A stretch of 64,000 nucleotides of DNA from Chrysomallon squamiferum (GCA_012295275.1 CM022672.1:27900001-27964000), one strand, 5' to 3'. Numbered from the stretch's first letter, positions 29,682 to 44,780 are shown. Program-made: numbers and translations. The notes: generated by a model from the letters alone, not told the origin.

Positions 29682-31283
29682 ATGAGGCTGTTTCTTGTTG
29701 TTCTCGCTCTGATTTCGTGCATTTTTGCGTAAGTATATTTTAGTTTATATAGTCCAGTCACACTTTATATAATATAAATGTAATTTAGGCAGAGAAATAT
29801 TCAAAATATTAAGTAAGTTTCATTACATTATTAAAGATTTAGGATTGTATATCTGTTTCTGTTTTTTGTTTTTTGTTGTTTGTTTGTTCTGTTATATATA
29901 TGCCTATATTTATCTATCTACCAGTTTATGCACACACACACACCCCCCACACACACACACACACGCACAAATACAAACACACACAAACAGAGTCGTACTG
30001 AGATTAAATAGGCAGAGTGGCAAAAAGACAGAAACTCCGATAAAACTTGTACACATAAGCGCGTGCACATATGTCATATTGACAATTCTGTTTCTAGACA
30101 GGATATGGACGCCTGGTATGCCCACCTCGAGGTTGAGGTAGAAAAGCTATGGACGTCACTAGACTACAACAAAAATGGGGGATACGACCTCCACGACGTC
30201 CACCAGTTTATTAGAGATTACGACACAGATGGTAATATATAAAACAGACATGTGTATATATATATATATAATGTGTGTCTGTATATATATATATACATAC
30301 ATACACACATTATATATATATATACATACATACACACGTACATACATAGATACATACTCGTACTTATATAGATACATAAATAAAAATATACATACATACA
30401 TGCAAACATACAGTCATTCATACTGTTTTTCATTTTATTTATGGTTAGATGTTAATAACTGTTTGTGCTGCAGGTGATCATCAAGTAACCAACACAGAAT
30501 TCTTCTTCCACTTTGACATGAGTGAGCCTGCGCTGGCACGTGTTCACACCGGCCTCTTCAACGAATACGACGACGACCAGAACGGTGTTGTGACAACATC
30601 AGACATTGAGGCTGTATACAATCGCATGGATATAGACAGTAAGCATCTTGAAAACTACACACACACACGCACACACATGCACACACACGCACTCACACAT
30701 ACACACACACTCACACACTCGCAAACGCAAATGCACACACACACACGCAATCACACACGCACACACGCACTCAGACACACACCCACTCACACAGACACAC
30801 ACACACGCACACATACACACACGCAAACACATACACACACGCAAACACACACACACACACACGCGTAATAAGCTGTTTATGAATGTTTCAAAAATGTTCA
30901 CCTTAGATTTAATATATATATATATTTAATTGCACTAACCTCAGTCGTCACAGCAGAGTTTAACAATGAGTGTTACGCAGATTTGTTTCTGCTCTTACTG
31001 AATCCATGCAACCAAAGAACAAAAGACCATGAAACCTAGAACTTCATGTTCATCTCTTGTATTTCAGAGAATGGAACTATTTCCAAAGCCGAATTCAAGG
31101 AATACTACAAAAACGTAAGTGATATTTTCAAATAATACTTTTGTATGAAACTTTTGTAACAATAAAGTGTAACAACATTTGCAAAACATATTTTAAAAAG
31201 TACATTTATAAATGTACATGTCCATGTTTTTCTTATTTTTGCAATCCCACCTTCATAAAAATGTATGAATGAATGAATGAATG

Positions 31284-31316
<33 letters not shown>

Positions 31317-31597
31317 AATAAATAAATAAGTAAGTAAATAAAAAAATAATTAATTATAATCGTAATAGTAATAATAATAACAAATGTATCAACATTCCAA
31401 CATACCAAATATAACAAACAACAACAAACGTAGATCAATATTCGGTCAGGTTTTTGATGTTGTTGTCAGTGTTACTTCAGCAAAGGTTGCTATTAAGTAA
31501 CATGAGAAACAATTACTTGGGAATATTCAAAAAGTGTTTAAGCTCTTTATTAACTTGTAAGATATTTATTTATTTATTTATTTATTTATTTATTTTA

Positions 31598-31664
<67 letters not shown>

Positions 31665-31898
31665 GTCCCAACGTTCATCATAATAGTCATCATAAAGATT
31701 CATGTAAAATAGTAAACTATCAAAATCTTTATTTGGTTTATTATCAAGAAATATTTATTTATTTATTTACTTATTTATTTATTTATTTTTAAATCTTTTA
31801 AATAATATTTATTATCAATAAATTTATTGATTTTTTACTTTTCTGTTTTTCAGCTTTTGACCCAACTGTATTTGATGCAGTTTGAGAATAATGAATAA
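29682..31898 (+). CDS. Secreted four-EF-hand Ca2+-binding protein B, 145 aa (paralog of A, IMSP5-like)
   Basis: Exons 29682-29728, 30098-30231, 30474-30638, 31068-31114, 31854-31898, 438 nt in total, with intron phases 2,1,1,0 as in gene A. Signal peptide MRLFLVVLALISCIFA. Loops DYNKNGGYDLHD, DTDGDHQVTNTE, DDDQNGVVTTSD, DIDKNGTISKAE. C-terminus LLTQLYLMQFENNE*. Confidence 0.9.
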
Positions 31899-33879
31899 AC
31901 AAAATATTTGAAACATCACATTTTGTTTGTTTTATTTATTTACTTATTTAGTGCTATGATTTACCTTTGTTGTTATTGTTGTTGTTGTTGTTGTTACATA
32001 CTTTATACAAAACACAGATACACCTCACTTACACATGGCACAATACATAAAACATACACACAGATATACACACCTATGCACATATACAGAGACATACATA
32101 TAAACCACATAACAAACATTCAGTGGACTGAAAAACAACATCATCACACACTCACATACACCATATACATCACGTATCACATACAACACACAACACAAAC
32201 ACCACATAAAATACAAATACAACACATACACACGGACACCATTACACACAGACCAAATAAACCACACAATACTAATACACAAAATAGCCATTCTAGAACG
32301 CGTGGCTGTATTTCAGTTATTAAACGTCAAAGAAAGAAAGAAAAAAAAAATGGTAAACGAAAGGAAAAAAACACTTCACTATGAAAGAAAGTGAGAAAGC
32401 GAGCGATAAAAACAAATACAGACACAATATTTATGAGTTGAAAGACGAGTGTGTGAATGTGTGTCACAAACTGAGTCGCCGCATTTCTGCTTCCTTATGA
32501 TACATCGTAACAGAAGATCCACCATGTGATAAATGCGTGGGGGAGGTGGGGAGGTGGGGGTAGATGCCGTAAAATGCAGAAAACGGATTTCAGAGTATTC
32601 GGTTTATTTTGGGTGACAGATCAAGATCAAATCTGGTTAAACAATTTTTGGGGATAGTTTAATTATTTTGTAGTTACTACTATCGTTAAGAGAAATCAAG
32701 AACATTATTTTTTGGTTTACATGACACATCTGACTTAATACGGTATTAAGATTTAATAAAATATAATAACGATAAATAAATTCAGAGTAAATTAATTATT
32801 ATATTAATAAAACATTAAAATAATAAACATACATAACCTTGACTGTTCTCTAAAGCGAGGATCTTTGCAAACTGATGAGTTCATAACTGTTTAAAAATCT
32901 TTTCCACGCGTTTCATGTGCATTAACAAATGCTATCGAAGAGACTAGTAAGTTCAGACAGTTTGGTGGTATGAGAGAACTGGTAAGTGATACTTCCATCT
33001 CATGTTTCATAAATGAAATTCATTAGTATAAATTAATACTGAAATGGTTTATGCTTTCCGTCTTTAATTTTTAAAATATAATTTGCACTTCAACTTAAGA
33101 GATAAAATTTAAAATGCACTGAAAACCAAAGTAATTCCCTGTTTATTATAAAATAAATGTGATAAGTAACAAAAACATACATCATTTGATTTTCATACAG
33201 AATTATAAAATCATCAGAGAATGACCCGAAGACAGCTAATAACAGTTTAAATAGTAATTTTGTTGTTGTTAATACTAGAATTTCATAGCAATCATATTAC
33301 TGGTTTGTTTCTAATCAATATGTTGTTGTTCTCATCTTATATTATTTCGGGATTTAAAGAATCACACTATGGCTGATGGTGGTTGTTGGATACAGGTTCC
33401 TAACTTCACTTAAATTAACAAATGTAAAATATGATATAGGCTGCTGTTATTGTTTTTTTGTTAACTTTAAAAACAATTTTTTTTCTTTTCTTTTTTGTAT
33501 GTAAGTTTGTATATATATTTAAGTAAAATATTACCTATTTGGTTTCGTTTTTTTTCAAAAATATGTTTAAATTTTAAAATATTTCAATAAATATATATAT
33601 TTTTCACAAAAAAATTAAAACTTTTATTTGGTAAATCTGTGATTTGTTTTAGTTATAATACGTTACATTTCTCTTGGTTGAAATATGCGTGCATGTATGT
33701 ATGTATGTATGTAGATATGTATGTATGTATGTATGTAGCTATGTATGTATGTATGTATGTATGTATGTATGTAGCTATGTATGTAGATATGTATGTATGT
33801 ATGTATGTATATGTATGTATGTAGATATGTATGTATGTATTAGTGGCCGGGTGAGTACAGCATCCTCACACAAAAAATA

Positions 33880-34225
33880 CTCAAGTTCAAATTCGATTAC
33901 ATCTTTAATTTCTCTGTCTATTTCCACAACATGATAGATAATTATAGTATAACACTACAAATAATAATATCATAGTTATGTTGCAGAGAATTTGCCCAAA
34001 CGTCTTCCTCTCTTGCCAGATATTCTCTCTTCTCTCTTGAACTCTCTTTCACCGCGGTCATATTATAGATAACATTTCACACCCCTGACCAATACTGGCA
34101 GACCATTACTGTCCTGGGTTCCTTAAGAAAGCACCAGAGACAATATTTACCATATATTAATGTCCCATGTGTCTTGGAGGAATTTCCCAAGTACTTTAAG
34201 TTTAAACAAGGAGAAATAAACTGTC
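33880..34225. repeat. Dispersed repeat of unknown class, copy 2
   Basis: Directly similar to 10940-11225, with small insertions. Confidence 0.8.
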
Positions 34226-34525
34226 TTTCATAATACATAAATATTAATTTGCTTCTTCTGTCTCAGAAAGTAATTTATTTTAAAACAATTTCTTTTTAAT
34301 TATTTTTTTTTAATTTTTTAATTTATTTTTTTTATAAATCAGTGACTTTCTTGTTACACTGATAGTGATGCACTGGTGAGATTTTCAACTTTGAAAGACA
34401 AAATATGAGATTAGTTGTTTTAGTCTGGGACTAAAAACAATAACTAATAAAAAGTTTGTGAAATTGTTTCTCATCTGTCATAAGCAGTATGGGGGGATGG
34501 TTATGATTAAACTCTGGTTCCATTC

Positions 34526-34710
34526 ACACCGGCTCCATAAACACCTGTCACCATGACACCGGCTCCATAAACACCTGTCACCATGACACCGGCTCCATAA
34601 ACACCTGTCACCATGACACCGGCTCTATAAACACCTGTCACAGTGACACCGGCTCCATAAACACCTGTCACCATGACACCGGCTCCATAAACACCTGTCA
34701 CCATGACACC
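34526..34710. repeat. Minisatellite, 30-bp unit, about 6 copies
   Basis: acaccggctccataaacacctgtcaccatg repeated almost perfectly. Confidence 0.95.
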
Positions 34711-35934
34711 ACACAACACTACGTTTCTCCATCAACCAGGACATTTTCCATTTTCATTTTCAAGATAATTGTGAAGGAGAAATTCAAAATATTTTATTTT
34801 GGGGGGTTTTCTGCATCACACACAAATGATTAAATAAAGTTAAGGAAATGTAACTGGTTACATTTATGATTTTTGTATGTACAGTATATTGTTATATATA
34901 GTCAATGCTACTTGTATTGCTTTACAGACAGTCACTGTTCTCAAGTTTGTTTATGGATAGTAAGAATCAATTTTGATTAAGATTATAATAAATTAATAAT
35001 ATCAGCCCTGTTATCTAATTATATTAAAACTTGAACTAACATATGTTGTCCTAAAGTGTAGCACTTTTTAATGAAATAAGTTAAACAACAACGAAATTGT
35101 TATTTTCATTATTTTGTTGACTGAAGCAAACATGAAGACGCAAATTGTTGTGGTGTATTTGTATTACATAATGTGTGAGTGTTTTGCATTTTGTTTGTTA
35201 TTGTGAAGTGTTCTGCCTGATGTGTGTCCTGTGTGATGTGGTATGTATGCTATGGTGCACTGTTTCTAGTCAGTCATATACAGTGTGTGTGTGTGAGTGT
35301 GTGTGTCTGTGTGTGTCTCTGTGTGTCTGTGTGTGTGTGTGTTGTGTGTTCAGTGTGGTCAATAGTTATATTTTCTATTTTGTCTGCTATGGTGTGTATA
35401 GCTATTATATTGTCTAGGTATATTGCCATCACCATTATTGTGTTTTATATGCAGTATCATCGGTGTCTCGTAACTGTGCTTATTGTGTTTGTCTTGTTCA
35501 AGTATATTTGTTGCATGTTTGTGTGTGTTTTGAGTCGAGTGTGGTGTATATGTATGTGGTGTTTTACATTGTGTACCTTGTCCTCTGTAGTGTGTGTAAT
35601 GTGTCTCTTGTTTATTTTTCTATTGTTGCTTGTATGTGCATTGATTCTGTATTTTTTGTCCGTTTTTATTATACCAGTATAGTGCATGTGTGGGTTTTGT
35701 GTGAATTGTCCTGTTGCCTGTTGTTTTGAATGCTGTGTTGTGTTGTTTTGAATGTTGTGTTGTGTTGTTTTAAATGCTGTGTTGTGTTGTTTCATGTGCC
35801 TTGTCCTGTATGGTTTGTTTTGATGTATGCATTATATATGTTTGCATTTTGTGTCCTATGTTATTTGGGTTGGAGTGTATGCATTTTGAAGTTGCCATAC
35901 TGATGGCTACATGCATGTTCTATTTTATAACATA

Positions 35935-36658
35935 GGAGCAGAAGGTGAAAGAATGCCTCAGGAGAAAGACATCACATTTTGTGAAGAAGAGATGAATAAA
36001 ATATTTAAAAAATTAAGAATATTTGCTTTATGAAAAGTAATTTATAAAGTAAAATAATAATAATAATTATAATAATAATAATAACAATAATCATAATAAT
36101 AATAATAATGATAATATTGATAATAACTTTAATAATGGTCATAATGACAACAACAACAACAACATGAGGGTCATCGTCATGGAGAATAATAATAATAATA
36201 ATGATGATAATAAGAGTAATACAAGTAATGATGAAATTAATTGTTTTAAAGTTTGTTAAATGAAATGCTGACATTTCTTTGCTTTGTTTTCACAGGATGA
36301 CAGGAGGAAAATGAAGAGAAGAATACACAGATGAAGTCAGGAATGGGTTTTTCTTTCTTTCTTTTTTTTTTTTTTTTTGCTTTGCCGGCATTTAGGTGGG
36401 AGTGTACGCATTTTAATGTAGTCATCAGGCTGTTAATATTGTTGTCTAAACATGCATTTTCTGCTTTATAATTCACAGGTGACGTCATTGAAGAAGGTTA
36501 AAGAACGCTGGAGAAGAAACACATCACCTAAATGGTAAACAAAAATGCCTATACATTTTCATAAGAAGAGGTTAATAAAAAAATTAAGATAAAGTAAAAC
36601 AAAATAATGTAATAATAATAATAATAATAATAATAACAATAATAATAATAATAATAAC

Positions 36659-36695
<37 letters not shown>

Positions 36696-37190
36696 ATAAT
36701 AATAGTACTGATAATGAGAATAATAATGAGATAACAAGAAGAGGAATAACAACAACAGCCTCATCAAAGAGAATAATAAGAATTATCATGATAATGATGA
36801 TAATAAGGGTAATACTAGTAATGATGGAATTAATTGTTTTCAAGTTTGTTAAATGAAATACTGACATTCGTTTGGTTTGTTTTCACAGGATGACAGAAGG
36901 AAAATGAAGAGAAGAATACACAGATGAAGACAGGAATGGGTTTTTCATTTTTGGGGGATGCCGGCATTTGGGTGGGAGTGTATGCATTTTAATGTAGTCA
37001 TCAGGCTGTTAATATTGTTGTCTAAACATGCATTTTCTGCTTTATAATTCACAGGTGATGTCGTTGAAGAAGGTTAAAGAATGCTGCAGGAGAAACACAT
37101 CACCTAAATGTTAAACAGAAATGCCTATACATTTTGTGAAGAAGACGTTATTAGAAAATAAAAAATAAAGAAGTAAAAATATTTACTTTA
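35935..37190 (+). repeat. Tandem duplication of a unit of about 580 bp (two full copies plus a partial one)
   Basis: 36230-36570 and 36825-37150 are near-identical. The marker acatttt...aagaaga recurs at about 35974, 36554 and 37129. Confidence 0.88.
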
Positions 37191-37376
37191 TAAAAGGTGA
37201 TTTGCGAAGTTGGAGTAGAAAGCACTGATTTTGCTTCGATCATACTCGAGTTAAACAGGAAACCCACTCTTCTGAGTTCAGACGTCTTGCTTTCCGCAAC
37301 GTCATCAACTTCTCTTTGTCTCTCGCAGATCAGTTTCTTGTTTCCTTTTCGTAGATTTTGCTATGTTTCTTAAATA

Positions 37377-37609
37377 CAGGGTGGCCCAAAAGTAGGTTTA
37401 CAGTTATTAAACTATCGTTTATATGCTTGATGTTACTTGCACTGTGTGTCAGAGCATCCTGGAAAGGTTTGAAGAATGTTGCAGTGTTGAATGGGGACAT
37501 TTTGAGCACCTGAGAGATTAAACAGTATCTTCTTAATTCTTGAAACATACTTATATTTTAAAATAAATTGCCTACGTAATAACTGTAAACCAACTTTTAG
37601 GCCACCCTT
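37377..37609. mobile_element. Tc1/mariner-type MITE
   Basis: TA|cagggtggcccaaaagtaggtttacagtt ... aactgtaaaccaacttttaggccaccctt|TA: TIRs of about 30 bp with TA on both sides. Confidence 0.85.
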
Positions 37610-38783
37610 TATATGTATGAGTTTTTTTTACAGTGAACATGCTTGCAATAAGAATAAAAAATCCAAACATGAATTTGTCTTATCTAAGAAATACGTTATC
37701 ACTAAGTTGCCAGAATCGAAACTAAATGGAGTAAATGATTTATTGTTTAATTATTCTAAATATATGTTTTACAGATATCCGTGGTAAAAAACCGAAAATG
37801 TACACTTATTTGCAGATATTTAGGCGATAATTATAACAATATAATTCTGGTACGCGATAACGTCATATGAAAGATTAATTAAAAATTTCAATATTTTGCA
37901 ATATACTATTAATTTTCATTGTCGTTCTTTGGGTTTTTCTATGACGGTAGGTCGGTCAAAACAGCTAATAGCTTGGACATATATATATAATATTACCTTT
38001 TATTCGCGCCGCCATAGTTACTTTTAATCCGAAGTAAACAAACTATTAACTAATGGAAAATGAATCAGTACAACAGCATTCAGATATTGTGTTACGAACA
38101 GTATACGTATCAATCTTTCAAAACAACCATCTGTTACGTTTGGCTATAATATGAACACATGTTGTGAATGTGTAATATCTGCATATAAATAATCGATTAA
38201 GTTTTCAAAGTAATTTCTAATCGAATGAAGGAGCCGGTCGTAGATCTGCAGCAGAGGGTGTAGTGGGTCGTTGTACCGATCCTCTAGGTCAGTCTCTGCC
38301 AGACGTATTGATGACATGTCTGCAGACATCGAATACTTTATTTTGGAAAAATAAGTAAAAGAGCAATAACCAGATATTATTGTTACGCACTGTGTTTTGA
38401 ACCGCGAGGCGTTCGTTACCAAGACTTGACTAGTAGGTTCTGGATGATGTCGTGCGCATCATGTAAAGACAAGACCTCTGAAAAGCCGCACATTTACAAC
38501 TTTATGTGAGGAAATGGTCCGATGGTAGTCGCGCGCCAGAGTGCTGACCCATGGGTATGAGCTGAGAAGGAACTAAACGTATTTCACTGATTTTATGAAT
38601 GAAGTGATTTTATGCAAAACTGCTTGCAATGAAATTTAATGGTTGCTTATAAATCATGTGATTGTTTATAATATTAATAAAATAAATACATGTATGTGTG
38701 TGAGTGTGGCTGGGTGAGTATGTTATCTTCAGTTTGTTGTTATTATTCGTATGGGGTATTATTTAAAAACAACAACAACAACA

Positions 38784-38841
<58 letters not shown>

Positions 38842-39342
38842 TAATAATAAATAAATAAATAAAATAAGCAAATAAACGACAACAACAAAAATATATAAAA
38901 ATTATATAATTTATAAGTAATAATAAAACGGAGGAAAAGTAAATAAACGTAGTAATATAAAGTAAATATGTTTTATTAGACTTTAAAATAAACAAAGTTC
39001 ATTCAGAAAATCAGAGGAGCTGATAAACAAAATCGGTAAAAACAATTCTAAAAAATCGAAATAACATTCAAACTTAATTTAATCTGTAATCTATTTATTT
39101 ATTAATATTGAACTATGTCCACACTGTTTATTAATGTTTGTTTTTGTATTTAGTTATATCTTAATGCTGTATATTTGTAGATATCACTGTGACTTGCATT
39201 CTACTCAGTCTTATTTTTATTTTATCATACAGGGTTTCGTCGTATTCATATTCCGTTTAAATTTATTCATCTTCATCATAACTATTTTGAGTGAAGTTTG
39301 ACACCAAATATTTTTCAAATTCTCTATTTAATATTTCAGTGA

Positions 39343-39545
39343 GAAAAAGAAAGCCGTCTGAAAGTATCACATTTTGACGGAGGCGAAGTAGGTGGATGGG
39401 GGGAACGTGGACGATGGGGAGGAACAGGGATAGGTGGGGGAGGAAGAGGGATAAGTGGTGAACGGGGACGTTTCGGAGTTGGATTCGGAGATCATGGAGG
39501 CGGATTTGTGGAGGAAAGAGATTCGCAGAATTTGGGTTCGGAGTA

Positions 39546-39546
<1 letters not shown>
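39343..39546 (+). pseudogene. Glycine-rich protein gene remnant, copy 1
   Basis: Reads HFDGGEVGGWGERGRWGGTGIGGGGRGISGERGRFGVGFGDHGGGF, then shifts frame into GGKRFAEFGFG and runs into (TG)n. There is an in-frame TGA at 39340 and no start codon. Homologous to 40700-41010. Confidence 0.55.
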
Positions 39547-40221
<675 letters not shown>

Positions 40222-40699
40222 AGACATTCATACATACTCTCAGTCAAAGTGACACTGACTCATACACTCTCACACACATTCACATTTACTCTCATTCACT
40301 CCCACTATTTCTCCCCACTCACTCTCACGCTCTCGCTCATACTGACTCTCTGTCACTGCCTCAAACGCACACACGCAAACATACAATACAGACAGAAACG
40401 TATTCCATGGAATAGGAATTTAAGGTTACATTGTAAACTAATCAATATTCAAAATATATCAACAAAAGTATCTATTTCTATTTTATGATATTACATACAC
40501 ATACTCATCTGCTGATCGTAAATTATTGTAACAGATTATTAAATATCGGTATTCAGAGCATATCATTTTTAATTTTGTACACACAAAGCAGACAGACCTG
40601 ATTACACGGAATAGGAATTTAAGGTTAACTGTAGTCCATCTGAAATGTATACATGTATATTACACGCGTCTAACATACTAGCTGACGCGCCCCCCCTAC

Positions 40700-41010
40700 A
40701 CACACACACACATCCGAATTCCTCCGTATCCTCCTTCAAATGCGCCTCCATGTCTTCCGAAACCTACTCCGAGACCTCCCCATCCACCAGTTTTCTCTTT
40801 TTACCTCCCTTCCTCCATTTCCGGATCCACCCACTTCGCGTTCGTATCCATTACCACCGTTACCACCATTACCACCATTACCACCATTACCGAACCCCCT
40901 GCCGCCAGTCATACCTTTTCCGTAAGAGTGAATGCCGATTCCATAATAAACTGGTATGAAGCACGCAGCAGACAAGCAGATGGAAGAACGATGAAAACTT
41001 CTTTCAACAT
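40700..41010 (-). pseudogene. Glycine-rich secreted protein gene remnant, copy 2
   Basis: After the acceptor tattttag|ag, an ATG at 41010 gives a signal-like MLKEVFIVLPSACLLRAS. A second frame gives YYGIGIHSYGKGMTGGRGFGNGGNGGNGGNGGNGYEREVGGSGNGG, and a further shift gives TGGWGGLGVGFGRHGGAFEGGYGG. Confidence 0.55.
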
Positions 41011-41465
41011 CTCTAAAATATACGTTAAAATAAAATTTGTAAAAATATTTGGACAGTTCGTCAGAGAGAGAAATAAATAATTTTAGTCTTATTTATGAAA
41101 TTTTGCTTTCTGAAAAACAATTGTATGAAGAAATTGTTTTTGTTTAAACTATTGAAATGCAAATCCAAAATATTTAAATCATAATCAGTTATTAACCTTC
41201 AGCAGGTTAGTGCTGAATAGTAAAAGCTGTAAAGTAGGTTTGTTGCGTTCACTGCTATAACAGACAGGCGGACTAATTTCAAAGAGAGTGGAAGAAATGT
41301 GTTACTTGATAAATGTCTTTGCTAAATTATATGTGTTTAACTCGGCCAAATTCAATGTAAAATGTTGTATATGTACGCCATTCACGTATCTGATGTGCCT
41401 TGGCAGCTTAGAATAAAAAAATGTTGAGAAGATGCGTAAAATTCAAGCATTTATAAAAACTAATT

Positions 41466-41547
<82 letters not shown>

Positions 41548-42351
41548 GCACATGCATTCTCGCGCAATCTTTATCACAATTGCTCTCACACTTACGCACT
41601 CTCAGTCTCAAACTCACTTTTTCACATACTCTATCATACACACATACAGACACACGTAGACCCTACATCAGTGTGAAAGAGAGACAGTGCTAGGTTTTGT
41701 GACTGAGAAAGTGAGACTGCTAAGTCATTACTTAAGTCTGCACTGTCAATGAATCGGATGTAAATGTCGTCCTCGCATTTGTTGAAAGAAATGTTGTTAC
41801 TATAACCCTCAGTGTTAAATTTTGAGATAATATTAATGCACAAAGTACTCATTTTGGATTTTAGGATGTTTGTTCTGTTTTTAAATTCTTATTAGTAGAA
41901 AAAAATAAACACATCTGCCAAAAAGTATAAGGCTTTATGCTGAATCCAAATTCAAAGGGAAGGAAGTGATATATGCACAAAATTACAAGTATTTGCTGAA
42001 CACAGGTTAAAAATATTTTTCATTTTGTGAAATTTTTATATATTATTTTATACATGAAATCCTCATATACAAAATGTCATTCTTTGTGTCAAATATTCAC
42101 ATTTGTTTTCAGACATCTGCCTTACTAATATAAACAGCTAAAAGTAAAGAACATATACTATATTGTTGGGAATAATTATGTCGCGACAAACCTTCCATTG
42201 GGAGGCAGGAAAATAAAGATAAATGGACTGTCCTTAAGCAGGTTCGATGTGCATCATCATTAAACAGCTAATAAACATGTTAGTGACGTCACAGATAATT
42301 AGTAGCGGCACGCAAATACATATTTTAGCTTCTTGAACTGACAGGGGCGGA

Positions 42352-42428
<77 letters not shown>

Positions 42429-42542
42429 AGGGAGAGGGAGATACAAAAATACAAAACCTGTCCGTATCCCAGAGAGATATGTTTTCAGACAGAAACACTA
42501 CAGGTATGGTCAAATTAACTGAACCGAATCTGCAGATAACAG

Positions 42543-42626
<84 letters not shown>

Positions 42627-42674
42627 ACAGGTTTCATGCAAGTTAACAATTTTATTTAAATATAAAAAGGTAAT

Positions 42675-42707
<33 letters not shown>

Positions 42708-42922
42708 AATTTAAAAATAAATACTATAACAGTTAATACGAAACATTCGTCCATCGTCATATCTCAGTTGCATGATGATTAAAATGATTACGGATATTTA
42801 GATATTTACACACACACACACTTACACACACAAACACACACAGTCAAACATATGCACACAAAAAACATATATTTAAAAAAATTAAACAAACACTGAATAT
42901 GCACATACGCACATCAGTTTTA

Positions 42923-42977
<55 letters not shown>

Positions 42978-43485
42978 TTATTATTATTTTTTTTAAACAA
43001 GTTGGTAACCTCCATAATTGGGCAGATAGCTCGGAGTTATTTGATCTTATCATTTTTTTATAATTACAAAAGCTAAATTTTGTTTTAGAAATTTTTACAC
43101 TTGGCGAAACAAATATTAAATCAGTTGACTAAAAAAAAAAAATAATAATAATTAATAAATAAATAATATAATATATATTTATGGGTTAAACAACAGTCAC
43201 GCTAAATAAGAATGTTATTAAATTAGCCACATATTTCTCTAAATATTCGTAATCATTTTAATCATCATGCAACTGCGATATGACGATGGACGAATGTTTG
43301 TGATATTATATATAGAGAGAGAGAATAAAAATAGAAACAAAGATGACAAATAATGAAATAAAAATGTGTAACGTTTAAACTGATCCACACATCCGCGTGC
43401 AAAGTGGTTAATTGGAAAAACTCTGACGGAGACGTCTTCAACAAATAATTCATAGTTACTAGCGGTACATAATCAGTTTGTCACA

Positions 43486-43491
43486 TATAAA
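43486..43491 (+). promoter_or_regulatory. Probable TATA box of the beta-microseminoprotein-like gene
   Basis: TATAAA lies about 30 nt before ctcact (Inr-like) and about 55 nt before a GA|GTACGT donor at 43542/43543. Confidence 0.45.
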
Positions 43492-43600
43492 TATAAATTG
43501 TTTCGGGAATACAACTCACTAGTGATTGCATAAAGCGACTGAGTACGTCACGTCACGCAGAAATAGCACACGACGTAAGATTCACTGAAGACTGTTTTCT

Positions 43601-43841
43601 GGAATAGTTCAGTAGATACATTGGAGAGTGGAATAGTTCAGTAGATACACTGGCAGTGGAATAGTTCAGTAGATACACCGGAGAGTGGATTAGTTCAATA
43701 GATACACTGGCAGTGGAATAGTTCAGTAGATACACCGGAGAGTGGAATAGTTCAATAGATACACTGGAGAGTGGAATAGTTCAATAGATACACTGGAGAG
43801 TGGAATAGTTCAGTAGATACACTGGAGAGTGGAATTTTTCA
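43601..43841. repeat. Minisatellite, 28-29-bp unit, about 8 copies
   Basis: ggaatagttcagtagatacactggagagt repeated. The last partial unit is ggaatttttcag. Confidence 0.95.
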
Positions 43842-43882
43842 GGAGAGGAACTGTCGACGTTACATTTAACTCCTTTACTGCA

Positions 43883-44746
43883 ATGAAGGTGTTTCTGCTC
43901 TTTGCGACTGTTGTGGTGATGATGCTGAAGACGTCGTATCAATTGCAATATATATGTTTCTTCGGACCTTTGCGTGAGGCACTTAGTAAGATAAACAATA
44001 TATTTTATACTTGTAAAATTAAATAATATAAAAAAAATTTCAGTCCATTTCCTAGTGTCTATATTTATTAAAAAAAAAAAAAATTGTCGTTTTAATATAT
44101 ATCACTTTTTTTGTTGTTTCTAGACATATGCTGTAATCTTTACTGAAAAAAAATTGTTTTTCTCTTTCTAATTTCGTTTTAACAGAAATCTATTTCATTT
44201 TCGAATGACCAAACGAAAACATCAAACAAACAAACAAAAATAAATAAATAAATAAATTAAAATTAAATTTAAAATTAAAAACTTATTAATTGCAGAATTA
44301 ATTTATATCATCTGTTTATTCTAAGCAGTTATTTCATTCTTTATAATCTGTACTATATTGTCCACTGTCTTTTTGTTATTTGAAATAATCATTTTATCTT
44401 CTTTATTTTGTATATATAAAACTAATGCTATAATGTTATTTATCAAATAATTTTTTTAATTTTCATAATTTGTATTGGAACCAATATCGTCTATTTTTCT
44501 AAAATTGAATAATCTATTTTTATTAATATTTCTTAATTAATTTGTCCTCCGAATTCAGTGACTATTAATACTTTAATTAGTTGTGAGAATGTTAATTAAA
44601 TACATTTTAAAAATTATTGTGTATTACATCAATTTTTCTCCGTTCAGTTTAATAATTTAGTGCATAGTAATAAAAAAATAAATAATAAAAAAGGACTATT
44701 CCAGTGCTTATTATTATTATTATTATTATTGTTGTTGTTGTTGTTG

Positions 44747-44780
<34 letters not shown>

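Noticed and set aside
29991-30097. Alternative upstream acceptor for EF-hand gene B
   Set aside because: It has no pyrimidine tract and gives a frame that stops at 30141 without EF-hands; the acceptor at 30097 restores the paralogous structure.
34526-34710. 30-bp repeats as a CRISPR array or a GVMVTGVYGA-repeat protein
   Set aside because: Head-to-tail units with no unique spacers, eukaryotic context, and no splice or promoter support. The 43601-43841 array is rejected as CRISPR for the same reason.
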